Shown: piece by piece, positions 39,676 to 49,130 of the stretch
Layout of the letters: every line of letters begins with the position of its first letter
Position numbering within the stretch: the first letter of the stretch is position 1
Assembly (NCBI GenBank): GCA_031385045.1
Contig: JANNBC010000048.1
Location: 64,001-128,000 of the forward strand
Reading direction: 5' to 3'
From: a bacterium
GTDB taxonomy: Bacteria > Bdellovibrionota_C > UBA2361 > CALJRW01
DNA: 64,000 nt
Notes under the pieces: generated by a model
What the model was told of the DNA's origin: nothing
The model's input: only the letters and a program-made list of their open reading frames with translations
The model's database searches: none
Made by a program: the position numbers and the translations under genes

Positions 39676-40602
39676 CTACTTTGCGACAAATAAAACTGGG
39701 CGATAAGTACCGGGTGGAAATTCAGCATTAAGGTTTCCATTTCGATACTGCTCTGAGGCATTCTTGAATGCAAAATAGATCTTGAAGTACCAGTCAACAA
39801 ACTTAGCCCATCTGACTGAACAGATAGAAAGAATCCTAGGTCGTTTTTTATTAAAATTGCTTTGTTTGGTATTTTTTGGCAAGGATCCTGGTTGTTTTTT
39901 TAGTAATTTATCGCGCCCTACAAAGCCAACTCCATTACTCATTCTGCTTTGTACAATTTCTCTGATTCGCACTTCTAGTTTTTGAATCATCAATTTTTCA
40001 TACTCATTCTGAGTAAGACTCTCATACCCAGGCAATCTTTTAAATTTTAATTGAACAGTGTAAGTATAATCTTCAATCCTAACATCATGAGACCATCTTT
40101 TCTTCTCATTATAATCTTTCCATTTCACCACCTTAAACTTTCGTACTATCCCCCTGATTGAATCATAAAAACAATTATACCCGGGATAATCTTTAATATG
40201 CCTCACCAATCCATCCTTAACCGGCTGTAAGACAGTATAAAAAAAATATTCTTCAATATCATCAGCACCAGGCGTAAACTCATTGGAGTATCTTCTAGCA
40301 AAGAGATTACTTCCTGGAAATTGACCACAACGTCTACTTACAGCACGAGCAATTGAAGCATTAAGATCTCTCATAAAACTAGCCCGATTGGAATTAGGAA
40401 AATGTGCCAGCTCATGATGATGATTCCCCTCAATCGCAATAGCATATAGATCTACATTATAGATCTCAGAATACTTAGCAGTGTATGCCAAGATATCCTG
40501 TTCTAGCTGAAAATTATTAATGAACCATAATTCGGAGTTCCTTGTTCTCGTCGTACAAAAGGAAGCTATTTCTGATGATTCAATTCTAGGATGATAAGAC
40601 AT
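39676..40602 (-). CDS. HUH/Y1 tyrosine transposase-like protein (RAYT/IS200-like)
   Basis: CTTRT, EGNHHH (HUH), FMRDLN, LFARRY, YTVLQPVKDGLV (catalytic Tyr), DYPGY, C-terminal FPPGTY. Confidence 0.8.
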   Translation of the reverse strand: MSYHPRIESSEIASFCTTRTRNSELWFINNFQLEQDILAYTAKYSEIYNVDLYAIAIEGNHHHELAHFPNSNRASFMRDLNASIARAVSRRCGQFPGSNLFARRYSNEFTPGADDIEEYFFYTVLQPVKDGLVRHIKDYPGYNCFYDSIRGIVRKFKVVKWKDYNEKKRWSHDVRIEDYTYTVQLKFKRLPGYESLTQNEYEKLMIQKLEVRIREIVQSRMSNGVGFVGRDKLLKKQPGSLPKNTKQSNFNKKRPRILSICSVRWAKFVDWYFKIYFAFKNASEQYRNGNLNAEFPPGTYRPVLFVAK

Positions 40603-40659
40603 ATAGTAACAAATAAATTATTACTTGCTTATCGACTTGATTATAAAAAAGTTGCTCTT

Positions 40660-41085
40660 CTAATTAACTACACCTTCAAAGTATCTGTTAACTTGATCTG
40701 TAGGCTCAATATCTTTTGAATCATATGATACATGTCGACGATATTCATCTAATTCTATCCTATTGTTCTTGAGTAAATCATAGTTATTTTGAATAATAGA
40801 GTTATTATCTTTAATTTGCTTGTTTTGTTTATATTTTTTATACGCATACCTTGAGACAAGAACTGTCCCGGCACCTATCCCGGCACCAAGCCCGGCACTA
40901 GCTAATATATCACCATCAGAGATTGCCGCCCCGACTAACGCACCAGCGCCTGCTCCAATTCCAGCACCTACACCTGTAGCAGCTAAAGTAGACATGCCTT
41001 GCTCTTCATCGATTGTTGCGCAACCAACTAAGAGAACAAGTGAGAAGATAATAACTGTAAATTGATGAAATTTTTTAATACACAT
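40660..41085 (-). CDS. glycine-zipper lipoprotein
   Basis: Lipobox LVGC; GVGAGIGAGAGALVG repeats. Confidence 0.8.
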   Translation of the reverse strand: MCIKKFHQFTVIIFSLVLLVGCATIDEEQGMSTLAATGVGAGIGAGAGALVGAAISDGDILASAGLGAGIGAGTVLVSRYAYKKYKQNKQIKDNNSIIQNNYDLLKNNRIELDEYRRHVSYDSKDIEPTDQVNRYFEGVVN

Positions 41086-41139
41086 ATATGTATTATCAAA
41101 GTTGACTTAAATTTTGATTCAGATCAACATAATTTAATC

Positions 41140-41784
41140 ATGAAAAACAATTGTAACCCTTATTCTGACTTAATCCACGAATTCTCTGATACCATCTGGA
41201 ATGGCCTAAACAATCTACAACTAGCTGAAATTACAAGTAAATTAACTAGCTACAATGATATTTACCTTGAAATTGGCAGTGGCTCAGGAAATTTTTTAAT
41301 TAATCTAGCTAGTGCTAATCCAGACAAATTATACGTTGGAATTGAGCTAAGATATAAACGTTGCGTTAGAACGGTGCAAAAAGCTCAAAAGTTAGCCATT
41401 CAAAATCTACTAATTATTAGAGAAGATGCTAACTTAGTCCTTCCCCAACTTCTCCGAGAATCTATTAGTGGAGTTTATATCAATTTCCCGGATCCGTGGG
41501 CAAAAAAACGCTGGCTTAAACACCGCATGATTTCTATAAAGTTCCTAGATGAAACCTCTCGTATCTTAAAAAAAGATGGATTTATTAAGCTCAAAACGGA
41601 TCATTCCGACTATTATTACTCGAGTAGAGAGATCTTTCAAACTCACTCACAGTTTAAACTGCAAGACTTTTCCGAAGATCTACACAATAGCGACCTAAAA
41701 AAAACTAATATTCTTACGGAATTTGAGCAGTTATTTCAATCTAAACAAAAACAGATCTACTTTGTACATTTTACACGAAGCTAA
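41140..41784 (+). CDS. trmB: tRNA (guanine-N7)-methyltransferase
   Basis: LEIGSGSG, GIE, NFPDPW, KHR, KTD, TEFE; ATG 41140 preferred because it avoids overlap with the divergent gene. Confidence 0.92.
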   Translation: MKNNCNPYSDLIHEFSDTIWNGLNNLQLAEITSKLTSYNDIYLEIGSGSGNFLINLASANPDKLYVGIELRYKRCVRTVQKAQKLAIQNLLIIREDANLVLPQLLRESISGVYINFPDPWAKKRWLKHRMISIKFLDETSRILKKDGFIKLKTDHSDYYYSSREIFQTHSQFKLQDFSEDLHNSDLKKTNILTEFEQLFQSKQKQIYFVHFTRS

Positions 41785-42137
41785 TCCAAACAAAATACTT
41801 ACCTCTTGACTGCTTTTCTAAGTACAACTAGTTGATTTATATCAAATTATTTCTCTCCCTCCCTTCAAAATTCAATTCTTAGCTAAAAGACTGAACATCT
41901 ATTATAGAAAAATTTTTATTTATATCTTTATCAGTCACTACTCAATTATAATAAATATTAGATTGAAGATTTCAGCTAGGCACATTTGTTTTGATGATCA
42001 GGGCAACTTTTCTTGGCTAAGATTCGATATAGAGAATAATGATTCAGAAGATAATTTTTGAATATTTAAAGAAGACTCTTTCATCATAGTAATAGAAGAT
42101 TAACCGTAAAGTTAGTCATTAATTTCTAAGGTTTTAT

Positions 42138-42317
42138 ATGAAGAATAAAGTTATAAACAATAAAATTAATAAAGTTGAAACAACTATCGGTGAGCTTGTT
42201 GAAGCTGTAACAAAGATTGCGGCTGAACATACATCAAATGAGCAAGAGCAATACATGCTAGCGTCACAGGCGATGGAAGAGCTACTGAATGCGCAACAAC
42301 AACTAGATTTTAATTAA
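42138..42317 (+). CDS. small helical hypothetical protein (59 aa, absent from ORF track)
   Basis: MKNKVINNKINKVETTIGELVEAVTKIAAEHTSNEQEQYMLASQAMEELLNAQQQLDFN; AAGG upstream; protein-like composition. Confidence 0.7.
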   Translation: MKNKVINNKINKVETTIGELVEAVTKIAAEHTSNEQEQYMLASQAMEELLNAQQQLDFN

Positions 42318-43125
42318 TCACAAATAAATCTGTTGAGATTTCTTTGTCAATCTGTGACTGCAAGTTACGGATATTAATTTTGACATCGTACTCCGGCACC
42401 TCCAGTTGAAGTATCTTGGGAAGTAATTGGTCTTCAAATGTTGCGTAATTAAGAATCTTACCTTTTAATATTACCTTTTCAGAACCCTTCTTATAAATAA
42501 GAAAATCTTGAATGAGGTTATCTTGATCAGCGTTCCAAAAAAATTGCTGATCTTCCGTATAGTATGAAAGTAGATTTTTATTAGAAAAAATCTTAATTGA
42601 ATCTAGCAACCAATTTTCCGGTGGTCTCCCACGTAGAATACTAAGAATCTCTTCTAAAGTTATTGGAATATGATAATATTTTTCGAATAAATCTTCAGTA
42701 AAAGCACCAACTTCTTCGGCATTTTCTTGAGAATCATAATAAACATAATTCTCACCATTTGATATAAAATAATTACTAACCCAGCCTGCTTGCAATGGAT
42801 ATGTTTCAACCCGAAACATATTTGGCGCTTTAAAAACCAAGCCCTGTCGAAAAGTATTAAAATTTTTGCCATATTTAAGACTAACATTAAGCAGAAATTT
42901 TGCACTTTCAATAGATTGCTGATTTTTTAATTCTAGAATTTTGTTACTAAGTGCAAGAAGTTCTAGTGGGACTCCAGTCTGCTGTGGATAAGGCTGATAG
43001 GCTTTTGAAGTACACGATGCTAGCAACAATAAAGCAAGCACCAGCATCCTAACTGGCCATTCATTAATTAAATTAGGCGCCAACTTAAACTGTCGACAGA
43101 AGAATGATTGATTTCTTAACTTCAT
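42310..43125 (-). CDS. LolA/LolB-like lipoprotein (DUF4292-like)
   Basis: Lipobox LLASC (likely start 43047); FKAPNMFRVE; located downstream of a TPR gene. Confidence 0.65.
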   Translation of the reverse strand: MKLRNQSFFCRQFKLAPNLINEWPVRMLVLALLLLASCTSKAYQPYPQQTGVPLELLALSNKILELKNQQSIESAKFLLNVSLKYGKNFNTFRQGLVFKAPNMFRVETYPLQAGWVSNYFISNGENYVYYDSQENAEEVGAFTEDLFEKYYHIPITLEEILSILRGRPPENWLLDSIKIFSNKNLLSYYTEDQQFFWNADQDNLIQDFLIYKKGSEKVILKGKILNYATFEDQLLPKILQLEVPEYDVKINIRNLQSQIDKEISTDLFVIN

Positions 43126-43144
43126 AAAAATGAATTGATACCTA

Positions 43145-44857
43145 CTATTTTGAAATCTTGCTCTTTAATCTAACTTTTAACTTTCGGATTTCACTACTCA
43201 GATCAGCCTGGTTAGCAATTAATGAGGATTTTAAATAATACTCTTGTGCCTTCTTAGTATCACCAAGCTCTTTAATAATATCACCATAATGCTCTAATAA
43301 GACTGGATCGTCAGGTAAAAACTTAAGTGCTCGATTCATTTGCTCTAAAGCAGCTGGATAATTTGCTTGTTTATAAAAAATCCAAGCTTTTGTATCGATA
43401 AAATATGCGCTCTGTGGGTCAAAAACTAAGGCCTGATCAACATACTGATGTGCGATATCAAGATGAGTACCTGCTTCAGCATAAGTAAAGGCAACAAAAT
43501 TGAGTGCATCCTGATGATTTGGGTTTAGCTCTAAAATTTGAGCTAAAATTTCTAAACATTCAGAATCTCGATTTAATTCTTGGAGAACAACGGCATATTC
43601 AAACATTAATGCTTGCTCATTCGGAAACTTTTCTAATAAATCAGGTAATAAATCTTCTAAGACGCTAAACTTTCTTTGTGCGTGCAATAAGCGAATGTAC
43701 ACCAACCATAATTCAAGATCTCCTTGATAGGTTTTAATCCCAACAAGTTCTTCCATCACCTTAGAGGCTTCAGGAACTTTCCGCATCTGTTGTAAGATCG
43801 TAACTGCTCCGAGCCTAGACTTTAAAAAATGAGGACTCTCTGCTGGAACACTCATGAATTCTTGGACGGCTAAATCATATTTTTTTAAATTATTAAAGAA
43901 TGTTGCCAAATAAAACCTTACAGGGATGAAATCTGGATACATCAAGGAAAAGACTTGCAAGCTAATAATCGACTGATTTATGTTTTGTTGGCTAATAAAA
44001 CTGCTTAAGTATTTAAAATTATAATCTCGAATCATTTCAGGGACAGAACGAGTAGGTTCAATTAATGACTCTAAGCGTTCAGAAACTGCGGGATCTTGCT
44101 CGATCGATAGCAATAAATCCCTTGCAAAGGCATGCTTTCTATTTTGAATCTTTGTAGTCTTGAGATAGTCTTGAAGCTCAGAGGTATTTTTAGATCTAAT
44201 CAAAAACTCCAGATATTCATTCTCTAAGGCGACACACTCTGATTCTAAAATATGACATTGCTTAAAAACCCGATTGGCCTCTTCTAGATTGTCACTTGCA
44301 GCATAGGCTTCGGCCAATAACGGTAATGTGAAATTACGTACTTTTTCGTTCCTAATCTTTGCTATTTCATCAATCAAACTATTAGCATCAGAAGTACTTC
44401 TAATTTCTCCAAAAAATTTAGCGATTAATAATTCATCGGCTTTGGGAAAAGCTTTAATTCCTTGATCAAAAGTTGTTTTTGCGAGTTCTTCATTATTATC
44501 TACTAAAAGTAAATCTCCAAGGAGGATATAATCAATCAACTCTGGGTTAATACGAATCTTTTCCTGTAATAAATAAATAGATTCCTCTACTTGCTTTTTA
44601 GTTAGCGAAATTTCTAATAATCTTAGAATATAGTTCCCAGGATCTTCGTTATTGGCTTTGGCGGCTAAGCTTTGATAGTGCTGATAGGAACGCTCTAAAT
44701 CTTCATTTTTAAAAGCCAATTCACCAACAAGAAAGTTATAGTATTGGGAGGACTGCGTCTGATACGATCTTGGTGGCTTACTTGGGAAAATTGCTTGACT
44801 ACTGCACCCTGAGCATAGGAGCAAGAATAGCACGATCAGAATTCGGACATTATACAT
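43145..44857 (-). CDS. TPR-repeat lipoprotein
   Basis: Lipobox-like CSGC; ALNFVAFTYAE, FIDTKAWIFYK, LLEHYGD. Confidence 0.85.
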   Translation of the reverse strand: MYNVRILIVLFLLLCSGCSSQAIFPSKPPRSYQTQSSQYYNFLVGELAFKNEDLERSYQHYQSLAAKANNEDPGNYILRLLEISLTKKQVEESIYLLQEKIRINPELIDYILLGDLLLVDNNEELAKTTFDQGIKAFPKADELLIAKFFGEIRSTSDANSLIDEIAKIRNEKVRNFTLPLLAEAYAASDNLEEANRVFKQCHILESECVALENEYLEFLIRSKNTSELQDYLKTTKIQNRKHAFARDLLLSIEQDPAVSERLESLIEPTRSVPEMIRDYNFKYLSSFISQQNINQSIISLQVFSLMYPDFIPVRFYLATFFNNLKKYDLAVQEFMSVPAESPHFLKSRLGAVTILQQMRKVPEASKVMEELVGIKTYQGDLELWLVYIRLLHAQRKFSVLEDLLPDLLEKFPNEQALMFEYAVVLQELNRDSECLEILAQILELNPNHQDALNFVAFTYAEAGTHLDIAHQYVDQALVFDPQSAYFIDTKAWIFYKQANYPAALEQMNRALKFLPDDPVLLEHYGDIIKELGDTKKAQEYYLKSSLIANQADLSSEIRKLKVRLKSKISK

Positions 44858-44891
44858 GGTTTAAAAATCTTCAAAATTTAACTAAGTTGCT

Positions 44892-44910
44892 CCCCGACAT
44901 CTCTGAGAAT
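44892..44910 (+). repeat. degenerate dispersed motif copy CCCCGACATCTCTGA
   Basis: First 15 bp match the consensus of the 30171/52542 copies; intergenic. Confidence 0.55.
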
Positions 44911-44920
44911 TTAGATTAAA

Positions 44921-45829
44921 CTATTTATAAAGCTTCTCGCCCACTCCAGCAAGCACCGCAGTTTTCCAGCGTCGATGGAACCAAAACCATTCTTCCGGGG
45001 CAACCAAAATCATTTCTTGCAGATCCTGCGAACAGACATCTGTAATCTTGTAAATCTTTTCATTCATACCAAGCGATTTATCCTGATATAGCTCTTGAAA
45101 TTCTTGAATTCTGATATTCAGTCGATATTTACCATCTTCTGTTGAATTCATGCAGAAAGATACCATTGGAAGCTCATATCTCGCTCCGACTAGACCTACT
45201 GCGGGGGTAGTGGCAGCATACTTACCAAACCATTTGATAAAAACTCCCTGACTCCGAACAACATTCTGATCAAAAAGAATTGCTACATCCATCTTCTCAG
45301 AAATCATTTTGAAAATTCTACGAATAGCCCCTTTTCTAGGAATTAGCTGATTACCACCCTTGCTACGTTGCTCATTCCACCAAAGATCTAAGGCCTCAGG
45401 CTTTAGCTTACGCGCGACAAAAGCGATTGGACCAAACTGGACGCAAAGGTAACGAAGAATGAACTCAAAACTACCAATATGACCAGTTAGAATTAGAATT
45501 GGCTTATCAGGATATCTAGCTTTGAGATCTTTTAATTTCTGAAGATCGGGGCATTCAATATTCTCTAATATCCAGCTATCAGACAGTTCTTTCTGTCTTA
45601 GAACATCAACAATACAACGCCCCCAAACTCGATAGGACTGATTTAGAATCTGATAGTACTCCTCAGGAGTTTTATTGGGTAATGCTATCTGTAAATTAAT
45701 CAAAGCCGTCTTTCTTAAGTCTTTAATTAAGAAACCTAAACTTTTCAAAATTAAGCTAAAGATGCTAATTCTTAATGCCAGCGGCAAAAGATTGAAACAA
45801 AAAATTGTATTTTTAATTAACCAGTACAT
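44921..45829 (-). CDS. lpxL: lipid A biosynthesis acyltransferase (LpxL/HtrB family)
   Basis: TGHIGSFE (HxxxxE), FDQN, PEEWFWFHRRWKT. Confidence 0.85.
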   Translation of the reverse strand: MYWLIKNTIFCFNLLPLALRISIFSLILKSLGFLIKDLRKTALINLQIALPNKTPEEYYQILNQSYRVWGRCIVDVLRQKELSDSWILENIECPDLQKLKDLKARYPDKPILILTGHIGSFEFILRYLCVQFGPIAFVARKLKPEALDLWWNEQRSKGGNQLIPRKGAIRRIFKMISEKMDVAILFDQNVVRSQGVFIKWFGKYAATTPAVGLVGARYELPMVSFCMNSTEDGKYRLNIRIQEFQELYQDKSLGMNEKIYKITDVCSQDLQEMILVAPEEWFWFHRRWKTAVLAGVGEKLYK

Positions 45830-45835
45830 AATTTA

Positions 45836-47689
45836 ATGATTAACATTAATAGATTAATCAAGTTAAAAGATAAATATCCAGATTTTTTGACTAATCAGGC
45901 TGCCTTAAGCCTTTTTTTAGCTAAGAACTTACCCCTAAGAATTGCGGGAATAACGATTAATCAACCTAATTACTGCCAAAGTACTACTTCCATCAGAGAC
46001 GAATTACAAAAAATTAACCATTTTTTTAAAATCAATTTTCTTACAATTAATGACTCTAATCAATTAAGGGAGGTATTTGAACAGATCCCAACATGCCTAG
46101 CAACAGAATATGATCAAAATGCTGAAGTGATCTTCGATAACTTACTTTGTAGTCCAGCTAAAAATATTACTGGTACTTTTTATACACCACAAACCATCGC
46201 CAGCCTATTAGTGAAAGAGACATTAGCTGAAGAACCAAGCATTAATTTTCAATATCTTGATCCAGCCTGTGGGGCAGGTATCTTTCTAAAAGCTTGCCTA
46301 AAAATATTTACCGGCAATTCTGAAAAGAAATTAACATTCATAGAAAATTCTTTATTTGGATATGATATTAATCAACAGGCCATAGAAATTTGTAAGTTCT
46401 TACTTTTAATTGAAGCCTTAAAAGACCACCCCAATCTCAATCGCAAAACCACTCTTCCTGATTTAAGTAAGAATTTTATCTGCCAAAATAGTCTACTCAC
46501 AGAAATTGCTCAAAAGTTTGATTATATCTTTTGTAACCCTCCTTTTGGCTTATCTCGCAATCAACAAATAGAGCAAGGAGAATTGGAAGAACTGACTAGG
46601 ATTAACAATTGGTTTTTTACAGGCAAACTTAATAAATATCTATTATTCTCCTTGAGATGCTTTCAGATGCTTAAGCCACAGGGATCTGCCGGCATCCTAA
46701 CACCTAACTCTTGGCTAGGTATCAGAGATGGCGAGAGCTTCAGGAAATATCTTTTAAATGAAAAAGCCCTGCCTAAGATTTTATGCTTTGAAAAAAAAAT
46801 CTTCCCAAAACTTGGAGTGGAAACTGTTATCAGTATAATTTCTAAAAAACCAACTTCAAAGGTAATAATTAAAAAATTTAATCCTGAATTTGAATTAGCT
46901 AAATCTACCGAGATTGATCATCATGTAATTTCTAATCATAAGAACTGTCTTATTCCCATGATTTGGCATGAGAATTTTCTAAATATTTTTAATCACTTAC
47001 AAAAAACGACTAGTCCTCTTTCTGACTCCAAGCTAAATATTACTCCATCGATTGCCCTACAAGTTTATAGCCTAGGTCGTGGAACACCTCCTCAATCTGC
47101 AGAAATAGTCAAAAATAATTCTTTTCATTTTAAGAATAAACATACAGTGACAAGCCACCCTTATCTAAATGGCAAAGACTTAAGCTCCTTTCAGATCAAT
47201 TGGTCAGGGCAATTCTTAGACTACGGCCCCTGGGTAGCTGAATTTCAAGATTTTACACGCTACCAAAAGCCTCGATTACTCCTGAGAGAAGTACTAGGGA
47301 AACCACCCTACGTTATCAAGGCAACTGTAACTCACGAGATCTATTTATATAATAGATCCATTCTACACATCCATGCTCAAGATCCCAAGATTCTGCCACT
47401 AATTAATACAATTATGAATTCAAAATTTGCTAGTTTTTACTTATTGATTAAAGGAAGAAAAACAAACCGTAAAATCTTCCCAAAAATTGTCTTAGATGAC
47501 CTAAAAGATTTCCCACTGCCCAATTTAGTCGATTATAATTCAAATGAGCTGAATGTCTTACTGGATAAGCCTTTAACTAGCGAAAATCGTTCATTACTTG
47601 ATAAATTAGTCTATAAACAATATTCTTTAAATTCAGAACAGATTAAGACTATTGAAGATACACTACAAGAATGGAAAGCGACATTTTAA
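45836..47689 (+). CDS. N6-adenine DNA methyltransferase (TaqI/Eco57I-like with C-terminal TRD), orphan
   Basis: GTFYTP, DPACGAG, GYDIN, NPPF, PNSWL, PRLLLRE, MNSK. Confidence 0.85.
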   Translation: MININRLIKLKDKYPDFLTNQAALSLFLAKNLPLRIAGITINQPNYCQSTTSIRDELQKINHFFKINFLTINDSNQLREVFEQIPTCLATEYDQNAEVIFDNLLCSPAKNITGTFYTPQTIASLLVKETLAEEPSINFQYLDPACGAGIFLKACLKIFTGNSEKKLTFIENSLFGYDINQQAIEICKFLLLIEALKDHPNLNRKTTLPDLSKNFICQNSLLTEIAQKFDYIFCNPPFGLSRNQQIEQGELEELTRINNWFFTGKLNKYLLFSLRCFQMLKPQGSAGILTPNSWLGIRDGESFRKYLLNEKALPKILCFEKKIFPKLGVETVISIISKKPTSKVIIKKFNPEFELAKSTEIDHHVISNHKNCLIPMIWHENFLNIFNHLQKTTSPLSDSKLNITPSIALQVYSLGRGTPPQSAEIVKNNSFHFKNKHTVTSHPYLNGKDLSSFQINWSGQFLDYGPWVAEFQDFTRYQKPRLLLREVLGKPPYVIKATVTHEIYLYNRSILHIHAQDPKILPLINTIMNSKFASFYLLIKGRKTNRKIFPKIVLDDLKDFPLPNLVDYNSNELNVLLDKPLTSENRSLLDKLVYKQYSLNSEQIKTIEDTLQEWKATF

Positions 47690-48870
47690 ACCACGAAAAT
47701 ATTACCAGATTAACAATTGATGGTAAGGATGTAATCCTTATTGGAACTGCTCATGTTAGCCAAGAGAGCGTTGATTTAGTGCAAAGAGTAATCACTGAAG
47801 TTAAACCCGACACAATTGCCGTTGAACTTTGCGACTCTCGATATCAAAGTTTAAAAAATCCTGAAAAATGGAAAAGCCTAGATCTCTTTACTGTGATTAA
47901 AGAAGGTAAAGCCTTTGTTCTACTTTCCCAACTAATACTTTCTAGCTTTCAGAAAAAAATTGCTAAAGAATTAAAGATCCAACCTGGAGCTGAAATGATG
48001 GCGGCAATTAAGTTAGCTGAAGAACAAAATGCTCATTTAGTGTTAGCTGATCGAGACGTTAAAACAACACTTAAAAGAACTTGGGCTAACCTAAGTTTTT
48101 GGCAAGGATTAAAAGTGATGTCCACACTGCTGGCAGGCTTATTAACAAACGAGAAAGTATCTGCAGAAGATATTGAGAAATTAAAAAAGAACGATGCCTT
48201 AGAGGATGCAATGAAAGAATTTGCTACGCAGTTTCCAACTGTTCGAGAAAGCTTAATTGATGAACGAGATCAATACCTAGCAGAAAAAATTCGCATCGCT
48301 TCAGGCAATACAATTGTTGCCGTGCTAGGAGCTGGACACTTACCTGGAATTAAAAAATATATTTACACTCCCAGAGACTTAGCTCCTCTAGAAGTGATTC
48401 CACCTCCTGGAAAATTTAAAAAATATTTCTCTTGGAGCATCCCAGTACTTTTTGTTTTAATCATTGTTTACTTAATAATCAATGGTAGCTCAGGAGAAGC
48501 AACTGGCTTTGTTTCTCTTTGGGTAATCCTAACAGCTTCCTTAGCAACATTTGGAGCCCTAGTTGTGCGAGCCCATCCGCTGACAACTCTTTCTGCTGCT
48601 ATTTCAGCACCGCTGACAACAATCCATCCATTAATTTCAGTTGGAATGGTTGCTGGATTAGTTGAAGCCTATATCAAAAAACCAACGGTATCTGACCTAG
48701 AAACCATTTCTGAAGATCTAACAAGCTGGAATAAGGCGATTAATAATCAAGCAATCAAAATATTTTTAGTCCTGATTTCTACAAATTTATTTACTAGTAT
48801 TCCTGCACTTTCTGTAATTCTTTACGGAACAATTACAACCGCAACTTCTTTCTTAAAAAATATATTTTAA
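47671..48870 (+). CDS. TraB/GumN family (pheromone shutdown-like) protein
   Basis: IGTAHVS, AVELC, PGAEM, DRDV, LIDERD, LGAGH; C-terminal TM helices. Confidence 0.9.
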   Translation: MESDILNHENITRLTIDGKDVILIGTAHVSQESVDLVQRVITEVKPDTIAVELCDSRYQSLKNPEKWKSLDLFTVIKEGKAFVLLSQLILSSFQKKIAKELKIQPGAEMMAAIKLAEEQNAHLVLADRDVKTTLKRTWANLSFWQGLKVMSTLLAGLLTNEKVSAEDIEKLKKNDALEDAMKEFATQFPTVRESLIDERDQYLAEKIRIASGNTIVAVLGAGHLPGIKKYIYTPRDLAPLEVIPPPGKFKKYFSWSIPVLFVLIIVYLIINGSSGEATGFVSLWVILTASLATFGALVVRAHPLTTLSAAISAPLTTIHPLISVGMVAGLVEAYIKKPTVSDLETISEDLTSWNKAINNQAIKIFLVLISTNLFTSIPALSVILYGTITTATSFLKNIF

Positions 48871-48872
48871 TA

Positions 48873-49130
48873 ATGAATGATCCTTTTTTAAGATTTTATA
48901 CCTTTGCAACGATTACGCTAAGTTGCTTCACCGGAGTGCTCATTGCAGTACCATTAGCTTTAAGTAATCCAAATCCACTTGCCTTATTATTGCTACCGTT
49001 CTTTGGCACAATGGGTGGCATTGCTGGATATAGACGTAGAAATAGCCGTATTTTCTTTTATTTAAGCCTATTTGCGGTAGTAGTTTTATCAACTATTATT
49101 TGTGTTAATATAGTCAAGAATGAATTCTAG
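48873..49130 (+). CDS. small membrane protein
   Basis: Three hydrophobic segments; operonic spacing. Confidence 0.7.
   Translation: MNDPFLRFYTFATITLSCFTGVLIAVPLALSNPNPLALLLLPFFGTMGGIAGYRRRNSRIFFYLSLFAVVVLSTIICVNIVKNEF

Noticed and set aside
41963..42103. Small TTG ORF with in-frame TGA (recoding?)
   Set aside because: 32 codons, no RBS, no recognisable motif; TGA is a normal stop in several genes here.
46718..46728. Reverse-strand partial match (GGTATCAGAGA) to the dispersed motif
   Set aside because: Only 11 bp, within MTase codons, and lacks the CCCGA half; compatible with chance.
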